Below are positions 10,780-23,123 of a DNA stretch of 64,000 nt, piece after piece (the first letter of the stretch is position 1; each line of letters starts with the position of its first letter). The stretch covers positions 20,460,001 through 20,524,000 of the forward strand of contig CM060731.1 of assembly GCA_030704615.1 (NCBI GenBank), in the 5' to 3' direction. The notes under the pieces are model-generated. The model saw only the letters and a program-made list of their open reading frames with translations. It had not been told where the DNA came from and ran no database searches. Made by a program: the position numbers and the translations under genes. The stretch comes from Takakia lepidozioides (taxonomy: Eukaryota; Plantae; Bryophyta).

Positions 10780-12539
10780 TGGGAGCCTGACATTGGACCC
10801 ATTGTCACCGGAGGAGAGAGACGACGTATACGGCGGTTCCTGAGGGCTTACAGGAATTGCTTTGCCTTCAGTTTGAAAGACTTGGGAGCACTGAAGGGTC
10901 AAGAGATCCGTATTGAGTTGGCCACTGACACGCCAATCTTTCGGAGACCCTATAGATACAGTGACATGGAGAGGTCTTTGATTCAGATGAGGACTCAAGA
11001 TCTCTGGGAGGCAGGTTTGGTGGAGCTCTCTGGTGGAGAGTATGCTTCAGCCACAGTGATGTCTATGGCAATTGGACGGAGAGACGTATGTGCGGTGATT
11101 ACCGGCCTGTAAATCGTCAGACCAAGTCCGATAGGTATGCCATGCCAACACCAGAGGAGATCTTTGATGCCATTGGGCATTCCAAGGTCTTTAGCACGTT
11201 GGATTTACGATCCGGATATCACCAGTTGCCGATCAAGGAGGCGGATAAGCAAAAGACGACATTCTGGGGGATCAATGAGCACGGGAAGGATTGCCTATAC
11301 CAGTGGCGGTTCTTACCATTTGGGCTTAAAAACGCTCCCGCTGAGTTTCAAAGAGTCATGGACAGGATTCTAGCAGGGGTGGAGTTTGCTCGGTGCTACA
11401 TAGATGACATCATCATCTTTAGTGCTACGGTGGAGGAGCATGAGAGACACCTTCAGGGGGTATTTGAGCGCTTGAGGACGCACGGATTGAAGTTACATCC
11501 GGGCAAGTGCAAGTTTTTCCACAACCAGATTGAGTATCTGGGTCACATGATATATCCTGGAGGATTGGGGGTACAACAGACTAAGGTAGAGTCCATTGCA
11601 CAGGTTCCACGCCCCACGGATGTGAGCCGAGTTCGAGCTTTCATGGGGTTAGCAAACTATTACAGACGGTTTGTTAAGGGATTTAGTGCCATTGCAAAGG
11701 CTCTAACCAAGCTGACCAAGGTGGACCAGGAGTGGCAGTGGGAAGATGAGCAAGAACAAGCTTTTCAAGAGCTCAAGGCGAGGTTGACCTCGGCGCCCAT
11801 CTTGAGACGACCTATCAGGGGGCGTCCTTTTCAGCTGCATACAGATTGGAGCATGCTGGGGCTTGGAGCGGTGCTCACACAGGTGGATGATGAGGGAAGA
11901 GAGTTCGTAGTGGCTTATGCTAGCCGCTCGAACAATGCTGCAGAGTCTAAGTATAGCTCATATGAGGGAGAATGCTTAGCTGCAGTGTGGGCCGTGGCAC
12001 ACTTCAGGTGCTATCTATACGGCAATCTCTTCACCCTTGTCACGGATCACCAACCACTCAAGTGGTTGATGGAGTCAGACAAGCTTACGGGGAAGCTTGC
12101 ACGGTGGGCACTCATCCTTCAAGAGTATGACTTTCAGGTGGTGCATCGACCGGGTTTGGTCAATCGAAATGCAGATGGGTTGAGTCGCAATCCATGCACG
12201 AGCCAGCAGGATGACACTGGAGCTCGGTGGCATGGTGAGACGGACGAGGAGATGGTGCCCGGATGGCATGCATCTGCATTTCTGTGTATCTTGGCAGCGG
12301 AAGGCCAGGTTGGACCTACAACAGGGATGACTGTAGATCAAGTGTCTGAGGACCCTGAGGCCAGCAATGAGCAGGGTGGCGCCAAAGATATACATGAGGA
12401 TTCAGTTGTGTTGGACTACCTCCGCAGTGGAGACACGGCAGCCACTATGACTGCCAAGGAGAGGGATCGGATCCTACAACGAGCCAAGAGGTTCAGGTGG
12501 GAGGGGACACACCTGCTCCGAGTGTGGGAGGATGGTTGA
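10780..12539 (+). CDS. pol: Reverse transcriptase and RNase H (short deletion/frameshift near 11060; in-frame TGA at 12537-12539)
   Basis: MCGDYRPVN, LDLRSGYHQL, LPFGLKNAP, YIDD, and RNase H LHTDWS...YEGECLAAVWAV...TDHQPL. Confidence 0.95.
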
Positions 12540-13832
12540 GTGAGGATTGTGCCTCACCCAACACAGCGGGCACGGTTAGTGCGGCATGCCCATGAGGAGT
12601 TGGGGCATTTTGGGGTGCGACGCACTCATAGTCTACTGCAGGGGCAGTATTGGTGGCGTGGTATGCACACAGAGGTGCAACAATTTGTGGCTAGGTGCAT
12701 GGTGTGTGACAGGGTGCGTGCTTCATTCAACGCCCCTACTCCACAATTGCACCCTCTTCCGATCATGGGATTGGGCTACAGGTGGAGTCTTGACTTCGCA
12801 GGGCCGTTGCCACTGACCATGCGTCACAACAAGTACGTGTTGGTGATGGTGGAGCACTTCTCCAAGTGGATTGAATTGGTTCCATTGCCTGATAAGGCTA
12901 GTGAGGGAGCTGCGTATGCATTTCTGGATTGTGTGCTTAGCCGATTCGGTGCTCCAGCTGAGGTACTCACGGACCAAGGGAGAGAGTTCTTGGGGGAGTT
13001 TCAGGCTTTGTGTGACAAGGCCTTGATAGACCACCGCACCACTTCTCGGGATCATCCTGAAGCCGATGGCTTGGCAGAGAGAGTTGTTCAGACAGTAAAG
13101 AGGGGTTTGCGCAAGTATGGCTTGCAGAAGGGACACCTAGGAGATTGGGACCTTCAGTTACCCTGGTTAGCCATGGGCTACAGGTTCAGCAAGCAAGCAT
13201 CACTTGCCTCCTTTTCACCATACTTTCTTCTCTTTGGCCGAGAGCCGGATTTGCCTACATCCATTCGCAGAGAAGCTGCTACAGTTCTTAACCTTGACGA
13301 TCCGGACGTGTGGGCACGTGCATGTGAGCAGCGTGCAGAGTTGTTCAAGAGAGTCATGCCCATGGCTTTCGAGAACCTTGCCATTGCACAACACCGTGAT
13401 ACGTTGAGGTATGCTACCATACGTAGTGGGGGCTATCGTCCTGGGGTTCGGAGATTCAACCCTGGTGACTATGTCTATCTGCAGCAGACTGCTCCTACGA
13501 CCCTGGATGTGAATGCAGGACGTGTTATTTTGAGGGTTCGAGAGGTCTTGCCCTCAGGCGTCTTGGTCTTGGAGGGTCGGGATGGCATAACTTGGAAGGA
13601 CCATGTGCGTAATTGTGCGCCATGTCACCTTCCGAATGTTGATGGTAGGATTGACCCAAACCTGGTAGTGGTATCTGCAGGTTTGAGGTGCATGTTGTGT
13701 GGGTCTGCTAAAGGGGCAGCCACCATGCTGGTGTGCGATCGATGCTCTAGAGGTTGGCATATGGGATGCTTGACTCCACCTCTTGAGATGGTTCCGGATG
13801 GGGATTGGTTATGTCCACATTGCATTGGATAG
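12540..13832 (+). CDS. DDE integrase with HHCC domain and C-terminal PHD finger
   Basis: HEELGH...CMVC zinc-binding motif; SLDFAG / LTDQGREF / GLAERVV catalytic triad; C-terminal CMLC...CDRC...HMGC...WLCPHC (C4HC3 PHD, ~13689-13829). Confidence 0.95.
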   Translation: MRIVPHPTQRARLVRHAHEELGHFGVRRTHSLLQGQYWWRGMHTEVQQFVARCMVCDRVRASFNAPTPQLHPLPIMGLGYRWSLDFAGPLPLTMRHNKYVLVMVEHFSKWIELVPLPDKASEGAAYAFLDCVLSRFGAPAEVLTDQGREFLGEFQALCDKALIDHRTTSRDHPEADGLAERVVQTVKRGLRKYGLQKGHLGDWDLQLPWLAMGYRFSKQASLASFSPYFLLFGREPDLPTSIRREAATVLNLDDPDVWARACEQRAELFKRVMPMAFENLAIAQHRDTLRYATIRSGGYRPGVRRFNPGDYVYLQQTAPTTLDVNAGRVILRVREVLPSGVLVLEGRDGITWKDHVRNCAPCHLPNVDGRIDPNLVVVSAGLRCMLCGSAKGAATMLVCDRCSRGWHMGCLTPPLEMVPDGDWLCPHCIG

Positions 13833-14077
13833 TGGGAGTGGATACAACCATGGAAGGCTAACAAGAAACGCAAGGCCCAGCTACTAGGAGACCTTGAACA
13901 CACGAGGTCCTGGCTCAAGTTCACAGATTGCAAGATGGCGACTAACGATGGGGCTACTCTTGTACCCGGCCTCTTGGTCTATAGAGTTTGAGTACAATAG
14001 GGACAGTGATAGAGGACTTAGTACGGCTGTGGCTATTACATCTTGTAGCTATCTGGAGGTAGAGGGACCTATCCACC

Positions 14078-14092
14078 AGCTAGGGGGGCGAT
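14078..14092 (+). promoter_or_regulatory. Polypurine tract
   Basis: AGCTAGGGGGGCGAT immediately precedes TGTGGCAG, which defines the true U3 start at 14093. Confidence 0.8.
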
Positions 14093-14528
14093 TGTGGCAG
14101 ACTACTTTATTGTGCATATATGTGTGGTGTGGTTTGGACAGCGATGTAGTTGTGTAGCGATATGTATGCGCACGACAGCTGTCAAGTTAAATAAGCACAG
14201 TGTGAAAACAGCTAGAATAAAACTAGTTATTTGTATTTAACACTTGGATTTAGGTCAAGTGTTAAATCAGGTGTCAAGTTTAGTTTGACACCTGGTCCGT
14301 CTTATCTTCACGAGAGCGGCAGTCACGCGGCTCATCTTTCTCGAGTTGAGCCTGCGCGACCGAGCTCCTGCATGCGTTTAGATCTGAGTGTACTCATGAT
14401 GGGAGTGTAGGTTGTTGTGGGGTGGAGTCCCCATAGCTTGGGGTGCCCCTGGCTCGACTACTATTTCTAAGAGTGATGGTTTGGTTTTCATGTTTTGTGT
14501 AAACAGTGTGTTCGTTGGTTTTCTATCA
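14093..14528 (+). repeat. Complete 3' LTR (436 bp = A 85 bp + GC + B 349 bp)
   Basis: TG...CA ends, follows the PPT, and contains the palindrome GACAGCTGTC at 14174-14183. Confidence 0.9.
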
Positions 14529-14529
14529 T

Positions 14530-14614
14530 TGTGGCAGACTACTTTATTGTGCATATATGTGTGGTGTGGTTTGGACAGCGATGTAGTTGTGTAGCGATAT
14601 GTATGCGCACGACA
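14530..14614 (+). repeat. Second copy of LTR segment A (first 85 bp of U3) appended after the 3' LTR
   Basis: Identical to 14093-14177; ends GACA and is followed by the TSD AGTG. Confidence 0.95.
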
Positions 14615-15580
14615 AGTGACATCTAATGAAGATTATAGCCTAACTCATTAATTTTTACAGAGCCTAATCCTAAATGGCTCGCACTCGAAGCATGTGTTCG
14701 AAGATACCTCTGGTCACCACAACCGCTTACTACACTATCTACACCCAAGAAAATGGATATGTTTTGAGAACGATCGAACATGTCATCAAATATGTCAACA
14801 TGTTACTTGTAGCTTTGCTCGATCACCTTGATGCCCATGAAGCCTCAAATGACTTCGACATCAAAACATTTCGTCGAACATTATATATATATAAAATTGG
14901 ACTTTTGTTCAAAAGTCTATATTTTAATTATTTAAAAAACCGGAACTGGAGGTTATGAAAGAAATCAAATAACCACCCAACACTGCAAAATTCCAGTGAC
15001 GACAAAGTCGGAACTGGTTTTAACAGAGGCGACAATAGGTTCCATTTCTTTCGTACGTTTCGTTACGGCTAGCAAATGATGGTGAAAGCGCACTCGGAGA
15101 ATCACCTCTTCAATTGCACGAGATTCCCCCTCTATCGGACTTCTAGTGTTCTGGATCACGACAATTTCCGAGAAGAATTGTACTACCTAAAGCATCTTGT
15201 GCCTCTCCGCATGTAAAATTGGGTTCTGAAGATCTTGCACCAGGAATCATTGGAATGAGGTTTCCAAGAAAGATCTGGAGTGTTTGGTATGTTTATTTCC
15301 ACCCATCTCATCTGTAATATGGATTTAGGGAAATGAGAACATAGGCAGTTTAAAGCTGGTAAGTGGGGAGGAGGGACGTTGAACGGCGCAGAGAATCAGG
15401 CATTGATCGATCTTTCTCGATGCTTTTCATGCAGGGCGATGGGGTTTCAAATCTGGGATCGGACCCACTTGTCTGTTATGCACCAGAGTCAGGGCAAGGG
15501 TATGAGTTTTGGTACATCCACCATCACCACTGTCTTTAATGGAGGAAAAAAAGAAACATCAAAGGGGAGAGGGCCAAACG

Positions 15581-16205
15581 AAATGTGGTCTCATGGAGTC
15601 ACAGCATATGCTCAGCATGGGTGTGGGAGGGAGACCCTGCAACTATTTGAACAAATGCAACAGGAAGGCTTGAAGCCAAACATAATCACCTTCATCTCTC
15701 TTTTGTCTGCCTGTAGCCATGTGGGCCTACTGCCTGAAGGCTGTCACTACTTTGATTCTATGAGTCATGATCATGACCTCACCCCTACAGTGGAGCATTT
15801 TGCCTGCATGGTGGATCTTCTTGGCCGTGCAGGACAAGTGGATGAGGCAGAGGATTTCATAAAAAATATGCTTATGTGTTGCTGCGCACTGGTGGTTTTG
15901 CAGAAAAGTCTGAGCACCAGATTTCAGGCATACTCATATACATGAGATTCTTTGGATTGACAGTTGGTTGGTTCCTCCTTGGCTGAAAGCAGAGCTGACT
16001 GCCATGTGAGAGAATGGAGGAGAATGATGTGGGAAGGGGTGAAGCAAGACCAGGTTGCATTCATTTGAAGGCGGACATGGGCAAAGAGGTCGGTGGTGAA
16101 ATCATCAAACGGGGAATCACAGCAGATGTTATTCTGAACACTATCCTGGTGGACATGTATGCCAAATGCTGCAGCATCGAGGATGCAAAGGGAGCGTTCG
16201 ACACT
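15581..16205 (+). pseudogene. PLS-class PPR gene fragments
   Basis: AYAQHGCGRETLQLFEQMQQEGLKPNIITFISLLSACSHVG...CMVDLLGRAG, and ILVDMYAKCCSIEDAKGAFD. Confidence 0.85.
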
Positions 16206-16739
16206 ACTACTATGGAGCTCTCAGGTATACTCCTTGAACCTCTGACTGCTGGACTTGACTTTTTAATCTTAACACTGTTTGGGGCAAATCTTTATATGCC
16301 AGAATCAATGAGATTTACATGGTAGTTCTTTCCACCTGCGTGAGCCTTCGTAGTGGACCTCACTCTATCGTCTTATCACCACCTTCCCCCTGCCCTTTCT
16401 CAAAGCTTGGCAAGCATATGGCTGCAAAGCTACATCAAGAAAAGTGTAATGGATTCTTTAGTAGCTCTTGCACACACACTCACCTTCATTTCACTCTAGA
16501 GTCTGAATTGCTGCGATTTATTTCACATTGAAATTGGAATTGCATGCCAGTGAAGTGTTCCTTGATCTATTCATTGTGTTTTTTCTGGTGCAGACTCCAG
16601 ATGCCAACTGGCTCCAAAAGGCTACAGCAGGTATTCCAAGTTGGCAGGTGAGTTCTGTTCGTGTTTAATAGAAGAAGTCAATTTCTGGGTAGGTAGGCGT
16701 CAGATCATCCATAGGTCCTCACCCATGTCACAAACTGGA

Positions 16740-17905
16740 AACAAGCTCAGGGAGTCTTATGCCTAACTTCATTTTGTTTTCATGCTTCTGACATGGGCTT
16801 AGACACTTCCGCGTCCAAGTCAGCTGCATCTAGCAGGGTCAGTTCTTCCTGCCTAGTATTTAGGTACTTGAAAATCTCATTTACATTCTCTGACATGACA
16901 GCCTGTTCAACAGGACGGTCTTGCTTCCAAGAAATATCGATCATCTTAGGGCATCTGGTATGAGGCATGCGATTCAACTGACCCCACCACCTGACCTTGA
17001 ACTCATCACGTCAAGAGCTCTAGGGTGGTACGCCAAAATCGCTCTGAACAGCCACATTAGCTGTTCTAGAGCATGCTGACATGCTCCCCTTGGGCACCGA
17101 AAGCTGAATGGATTCTGAAGTTTTAGCAATGGAGTTGCCTTCCCACACGGAAGATGTGCACTGCAAAGTAGGCCTAATAACGTTACAAAGCATGGTCTTT
17201 TCAACTTGAGAATCAATTCCTCTGCATCGGAAAAAGTGAGTGAGACCCAAAGCTATGCATTTAACTGCTTGACCCACTTTTTATATATGTGGATCCCAGT
17301 TACAACTGTAGGAAAACTTAATAGCGAGACATGTGTAAAAAGGGAGCACATGGATCTATTCGCTGCCCCCATGTACACTTGAGATCCTCTCCTCCTCCCC
17401 ATGATCATGGAAGGCCACCACCACGCATATACTAACCTTCTCCATAGCCAAAGGACCTCTTTGCACAACAATCAACTCTTGAAGATAGGATCCCCTAGGC
17501 CCGCAAAGTCATCCGCAGACATAAGAGCTGGTATGGTGGCATCACCCACCTTCAACCCAAATACCTCGCTTTCCACATCTTCAAGGAGCTGATTAATGAA
17601 AACATTGAAGAGAAGTGGGAGAGGGTACAACCTTGACACCTTGGTCAAAATGTCACAAACACTAGACTTCTGGCCATTGACCATAACATAGCTTTTGGTG
17701 TTCCATACAGGTTGTGACCAATTTGACACATCTTTCTCCTGACCTAGAAGACCACAGATGAAGCCATAGCCCATTGCGTAATTTATACATCCAGGATGAA
17801 GACAAAGGTGGGTTTTCCTTCTTTTCTCCTTCCCTGAATAGTCTGGCTTAGGTTAAAGATATGGTCGACGCAAGCCCTATTTCTCCGGATGCCCATCTGA
17901 CTTCT
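16740..17905 (-). mobile_element. Degenerate non-LTR (LINE) reverse transcriptase region
   Basis: PLLFNVFINQLL...ALMSADDF (RT SP.LF and YADD-like motifs); ACVDHIFNL upstream; many stops. Confidence 0.75.
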
Positions 17906-18887
17906 AGACTCCAAATCAACCTCTTATTATCGTACAAAACAGCTTGCCACCTGCACTGAGAGAGAGCAAGAAAAGTTTATAATGGAGGTGTCCATACGAG
18001 TGGAAATGCAAGAGGGATAATTGATGCGAGCATGTAATGTGTGTATGCAGATAGTGAAGCCTGAGACTACAAAATATTAGGATCAAAGAACATCCGATTC
18101 TGGTATTTTCATATATTTTATCGAAAAGAATCACCGGTTCCGGTTAATAGTAAGAACCTCAAAGAACCGGCGGTGTTCATCAAATAAGCAGCGGGTCTTT
18201 GGCGGATCTTTGACAGTTTTCGCTCATTATCTCAAAACAAGCGGCTTCATAGCTGAGGCCACCCACAATTGTAGGTGCTCATTCACAGGAGCATATGGTT
18301 GACTGCCGGCCCAACTAAGAAAACTATGGCTGGCCCTCCGGTTCAGTTTCTAACTAACCCAACACAAGTTAGTGATATGATTTCGCCCCGTTGACAAGAA
18401 GACTGGAAAACCTGGTGTAATTTCTTCCTGGCATTCGATTACGAGCCAAAGCTCGATCAGAGTGAGTTTTCCCCCCAATGCACGCCTAGTAATTTCAGGC
18501 TGCACTACAATGTGATGTTTAACAGCTTCATATTCTCTTTATTTTAACTGTCTAGAACTGCTCTTCTTCCTTTACCCTCTTGCATATGGAGTAATACTTT
18601 GGCGATCATTCACGGAAATGGCTGGATAATGCAGAGCAAGTTCAGCACAACGACGCCGGGTCAATATTGAAGGGGCTGTGTTGGAGTTGGGACCTCTGGA
18701 AATATCTCTGAACATTACCTGTGAAGGCTACACAGATATTTTGTGGGTGACCTTGCCACCTTCTTGCTGCATAGTGCATGGTCTCACTGTCACCTCTGAT
18801 GTTTTACTAGGATCTAGGACAGGAATGCCTGTATTGTGAGGGTTTCAATGTCATAAGGCCCTAGTGTTTCTTTCTTTTGTGTTCTAC

Positions 18888-19644
18888 CTAGTTAATCGAC
18901 TCTATATCTTGGAAACAGGACCGCCCTGTCAAACAGGCTAAGTCCTGGCAGAAGAGAGTAGAAGAGATTCTCAAGGACCTGGACCTGGATCCGCAAGTCT
19001 TGACCCTGCTGGATAAATCTGACTTAGAGGCTGTAGTGTCCTCAGCCATGTCTGTTGCCATGAGATTGTCTGATGAAAATGAGGTTAGGCAGAAAACTTC
19101 CCTGAACTTGTTTCCAGTCAGTGACATGGGGGAGGACATCTTGGATGACCTCAAGGGTCTACCCACTCTCGGCACTAGACTGAAATTTAAACTCAGGGCA
19201 GGAAGCCTACCTTTGCACAGCAAACAGAAGCAAAGAGGAAAGGGAGAGTGCAATTGCCCGCAGTGTGGGCAATCTGAAGACAGTATTCACTTTCTGATAC
19301 ACTGTCCGGGGTTCTCTCACCAAAGAGACGCTCTCTTCAATTCTATCAAGGGAATTGTGCCTGTACCCCTGTTTAACAACTTTGAAAGTCTCGAGGCTGA
19401 GCCAAAAGCCCAGGCCCTCCTGAGGCCTAGTTTTTGGGCAAATCACACACAGCAGATTGATGCTTGTGTGAAGGGATTTCTAGAGGATATCTGGAAAACC
19501 CGGATTAATTCTATATATGATGGTAAGTCACACTACCAACCTCAGCCCCTGACAGAGGTAGGTTCTGTCCCTTTTGTTCCCGCTCAAACTGGGCGCATGG
19601 TCAATGGCCACAAGGCTATGGCAAACAACGTCTTATGAGTACAA
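18888..19644 (+). mobile_element. 5'-truncated LINE insertion with a 15-bp TSD
   Basis: ORF2 C-terminal CPQC...HFLIHCP zinc motif; TCTTTTGTGTTCTAC at both 18873-18887 and 19645-19659. Confidence 0.85.
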
Positions 19645-20129
19645 TCTTTTGTGTTCTACTTCTAGATTTTAGAGAAAAGGACAAAGCCTGCTCTTTGTGC
19701 TGGGTTCTCTCCTAGTGTACTCTCTTACCATCTTGTTGCTTTTGCATAGATAATTCTACATGGTCTCATTGTCTCTGATGTTTTTCTAAATCTAGGACAT
19801 GAATGCCTGCATTATGAGGGCTTCAATGTCAAAAGGTGCCAGTGGTATCTTTCTTCGTTCTAAATTTAGAGAAAGTCCTGTGCTGCTGGAAGGGACTCTT
19901 CCTTTCAGAATTAGCATTTCCACTACTTGCTTCATGAGCGACTGTACTTGTTTATTCCGCTTCTCATGCTTAGTGTGATGGTTATTAGTGTGGAGGATCT
20001 ACCTCTCCTGTCTGCTCTCACAGATGCTTGCCCCATCACTGTCTCCCTCACTGGTCTCTAGTGTTTACTGCCTATGGTGTAATTATGTCCACTAACAATT
20101 ATTGGGCATCCATTTGCAGGTATCTTGAC

Positions 20130-20810
20130 AACAAAATCGGAATATCTCGGGGCAACAAAGGCAGCATTTTTGTCCACCTACGTGAGCAAAACAAGCCTTA
20201 TCTGGTGGCCAATATGTTTGAGGGTGGGTGTTGATTTTGTCTTATTACCACTCTAAACAGTAAACCACAGCAAACAAATGCTTAATAATCTTGCTATTCT
20301 TTGAGTGTAAGATCTGTTTAATCTCAAGAAATATGTCCCTTGCTTTTGAAGGACAACCTTAGGTTTTTGGTGGAGCTGACAACCTTCGGGAGTGTGAGCA
20401 CAGGTCCATGAAGAGTTGACATCCAATTTGCTACACTGTTTCAACTCTCAGTGATTCAAAGTTCCTCAATGTTTGTTAAGCTGCAGCACTATTTCGATAC
20501 ATGACAGCAGATGTAGAGGTCATCATAGTGTAGATCCGACCATACCCGGGATCTGCAACTTCCGTAGTGCCTGCAACACGTCCTAGAAGCATTCGAGCAG
20601 ATTCCACCTTGCCGAAGTGCTCGGCAGTTGGAGGGAAACAACGTACTACCTTCCCATTTCTTTAAGGTTGGGCATGCATCTGGGTTGGCTGGTGGCACTC
20701 TAGAACTTCCTGAAGTGGAAGCACTTGCACGCACAGAGGCTTCTCGCTGAAGGGAGAACCCTGCCTCCTCCAACATTGCAATCTCCTGACTTGTGAGATG
20801 TGTCCCCACC
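20130..20810 (-). mobile_element. Second fragment of the SWIM-type repeat family seen at the window start
   Basis: GTHLTSQEIAMLEEAGFSLQRE and the PGYGRIYTMMT-encoding segment match 1-290. The left boundary is approximate. Confidence 0.6.
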
Positions 20811-21178
20811 TTGGTGGGTGTGCTTAGCTAAATACCTAACATGCCCTAGCAGACCTATTTTTAGCAGACCTTAGCAGGGCTGCTAGGTAACAGCTGGTGC
20901 GGCGGGGGCCTTATATGATCAAACAGCAAAACGTGCTTGGAGCTCTGGTGGTTGTAGCCTAGCCTGTGCAAGGCTGTGGTTGAGCTATGGCTGCTCAGCT
21001 GCGTAGTACCCACTGGTGGTTTTCTCAGAAAAGTCCAAGATCACCGGACTTCAGGCATAAGCAGACGAATGAGATCCTTTGGGTTGAGGGTTGGTCCGAC
21101 CTTCCTTGGGTCAAAGTAGCAGTAGCTGCCACAGTACAAGGTTGAGCACCAGCTGGTGAGGGAGTTAACAAAAACTGT

Positions 21179-21715
21179 TTGCGCTCTTGTGAGGCTGTGA
21201 GGACACTATGTCAGGCTGGACTTCTGAAAGAAGCAGTGAATGCTTTGCACAGACGAGGCATTTCAGCCGACGTCAATTACTATGTCTCTCTCTTGCGAGC
21301 GTGCATCAGAGTTGAGGACCTTGAAATGGGAAAGCAGGTGCATGCACACATCATCCAAATGTTGAGGTCTAATATTTGACAAAATGCCTGAACGAGATGT
21401 ATTTACATGGACCATAATGATGACAGGATATTCTGAGCACAGTTGTGGAAGGGAGGCTTTCGAGATGTATGAGCAAATGATACGGGAAGGGGTGACATCC
21501 AACAATGTCACGTTCATTTGTGTTCTCAATGTGTGTGCCAGCCTAGGAGCCTTTGGGAAGGGCAAAGAGGTACATGCCAACATCATCAAAGCTGGACTTA
21601 CGCCATACATTAATTTGGAGAATACCCTTGTTAACATGTATGCGAAATGCGGGAGATTGAAGGATGCACGTCAAGTGTTTGACAACATGGCTAAAAGAAA
21701 TGTAGTCTCTTGGAA
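21179..21715 (+). pseudogene. Truncated PLS-class PPR gene (N-terminal part)
   Basis: TLCQAGLLKEAV...; MPERDVFTWTIMMTGY...LVNMYAKCGRLKDARQVFDNMAKRNVVSWN, after which similarity ends. Confidence 0.85.
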
Positions 21716-23123
21716 TAAAATTTTTATTCCCTTCCCTTTCCTCTCCACCTTTTGTCTGCTCCAATCATTTTATGATGTATATTTCGGAAACTGTTGCTAT
21801 ATTCTTACTTCATTAATAAAACATTTCCCTCACCCCTTTTAATAGCAATTATATGGGCTCTGATATACACTATGTCAAAATCATAAATCTTATAACTCCT
21901 CTTCAATCTCTCTCCTCCATTCAAACTAAGTTACCATTCATCACTGGTAGTGCAAAGCATCGCGAAGCCCTAGTCATATACTATCCATTTTACAAGTCCT
22001 CTTACCATATTGATACCATTAATACTCTACCAGGTCATACCTACCACCATACCCTTACCAGCCACTTGAAGAATCAGAGGGGAACCCACACACACACACA
22101 CTCAACACACACGCACAAAAGATTGACTGAAGGAGACTCTCACAAGCACATAGTGGGAAAGGTACCTGAGTATCTTGTTGCGGGCGACTAAAATTTGTCT
22201 GAATAGGGGTGCTTATAGTTGGGCAGTTGTCAGCTACAGTGGTCAGCTTGCCCCATTGACGTGTAGATGCTGCTTACTAGTTTACTTAGGTCCGCTCTAC
22301 CAGAATCCAAGTGATTCTATTCGTTGGTTTTTCATCTTGGTGATGCAATTGCTGAATGGCCGTGCAGCTGATGAGGAAGATGATGGGTTGTTGCAGCTTA
22401 ATTGATTAGTTAGGGTGCAGTCTTTTCAGGTGGGCCAGATTTGGAAGAATGATCACGCACGAGGAAGGAGTAAAGTGCCGGGAGAGAACCGCAATGGAGG
22501 ATGCTCAAGTGGGGGCAAGGGACTTGTGAGATGTAGTACAATCCCTACCACGCAGCAGCCAACCTTCCTATATATGACCGAGCCCTCCGTCATCTTTTCA
22601 TTTTATTCACAGGCCAGGTCCTTCGAGCTGTTCTTTCTTGCCGGCTGCGTAGTCCTCTCCTCCTGGACTCAAATCTCCATCAGCACGTAGTCCTGACACC
22701 TGAGCCTACAACCGAACTCTTTCTAGACTTCTAGGAGGACTTTGAACTCAATCCTGGGACCTTGCAATGGTTTTAAGCATCTATGCAGCGGTGATGTCTT
22801 GTATACATGCCAATCGTGCTGATGACGAGGTGATCAGGAACTACGCAGCTCTGATTCCTTTGAGCTCCAGAACTTTTGTGGCTGCACACAATTATGCTTG
22901 AACTGTGAAGCAACAAGGCTCTGGATGCCAGGAAGTTCTGCAAACCATTGCTGCACCACAAGCCTGTCCGCTGAGCCTTTACCAGTCACTGTTGTCTCTG
23001 ACCAGAAGTTGGTGGTCACGCAGCATAATTTGGTACGCACTCTATTAGAGAGCGGGTACTGAAACTCGTCACCGGTCGAGGATCTATATTATTAAAGCCA
23101 GCAGTGACTAGAGCTGCGACGCA

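Noticed and set aside
12537-12539. Programmed stop-codon readthrough between RNase H and integrase
   Set aside because: More simply a CGA-to-TGA transition; readthrough is not expected at this position.
14180-14614. Treating 14180-14614 as an ordinary 3' LTR
   Set aside because: The 5' repeat lacks the last 86 bp of this interval and the PPT abuts 14093, so a conventional LTR pair does not fit.
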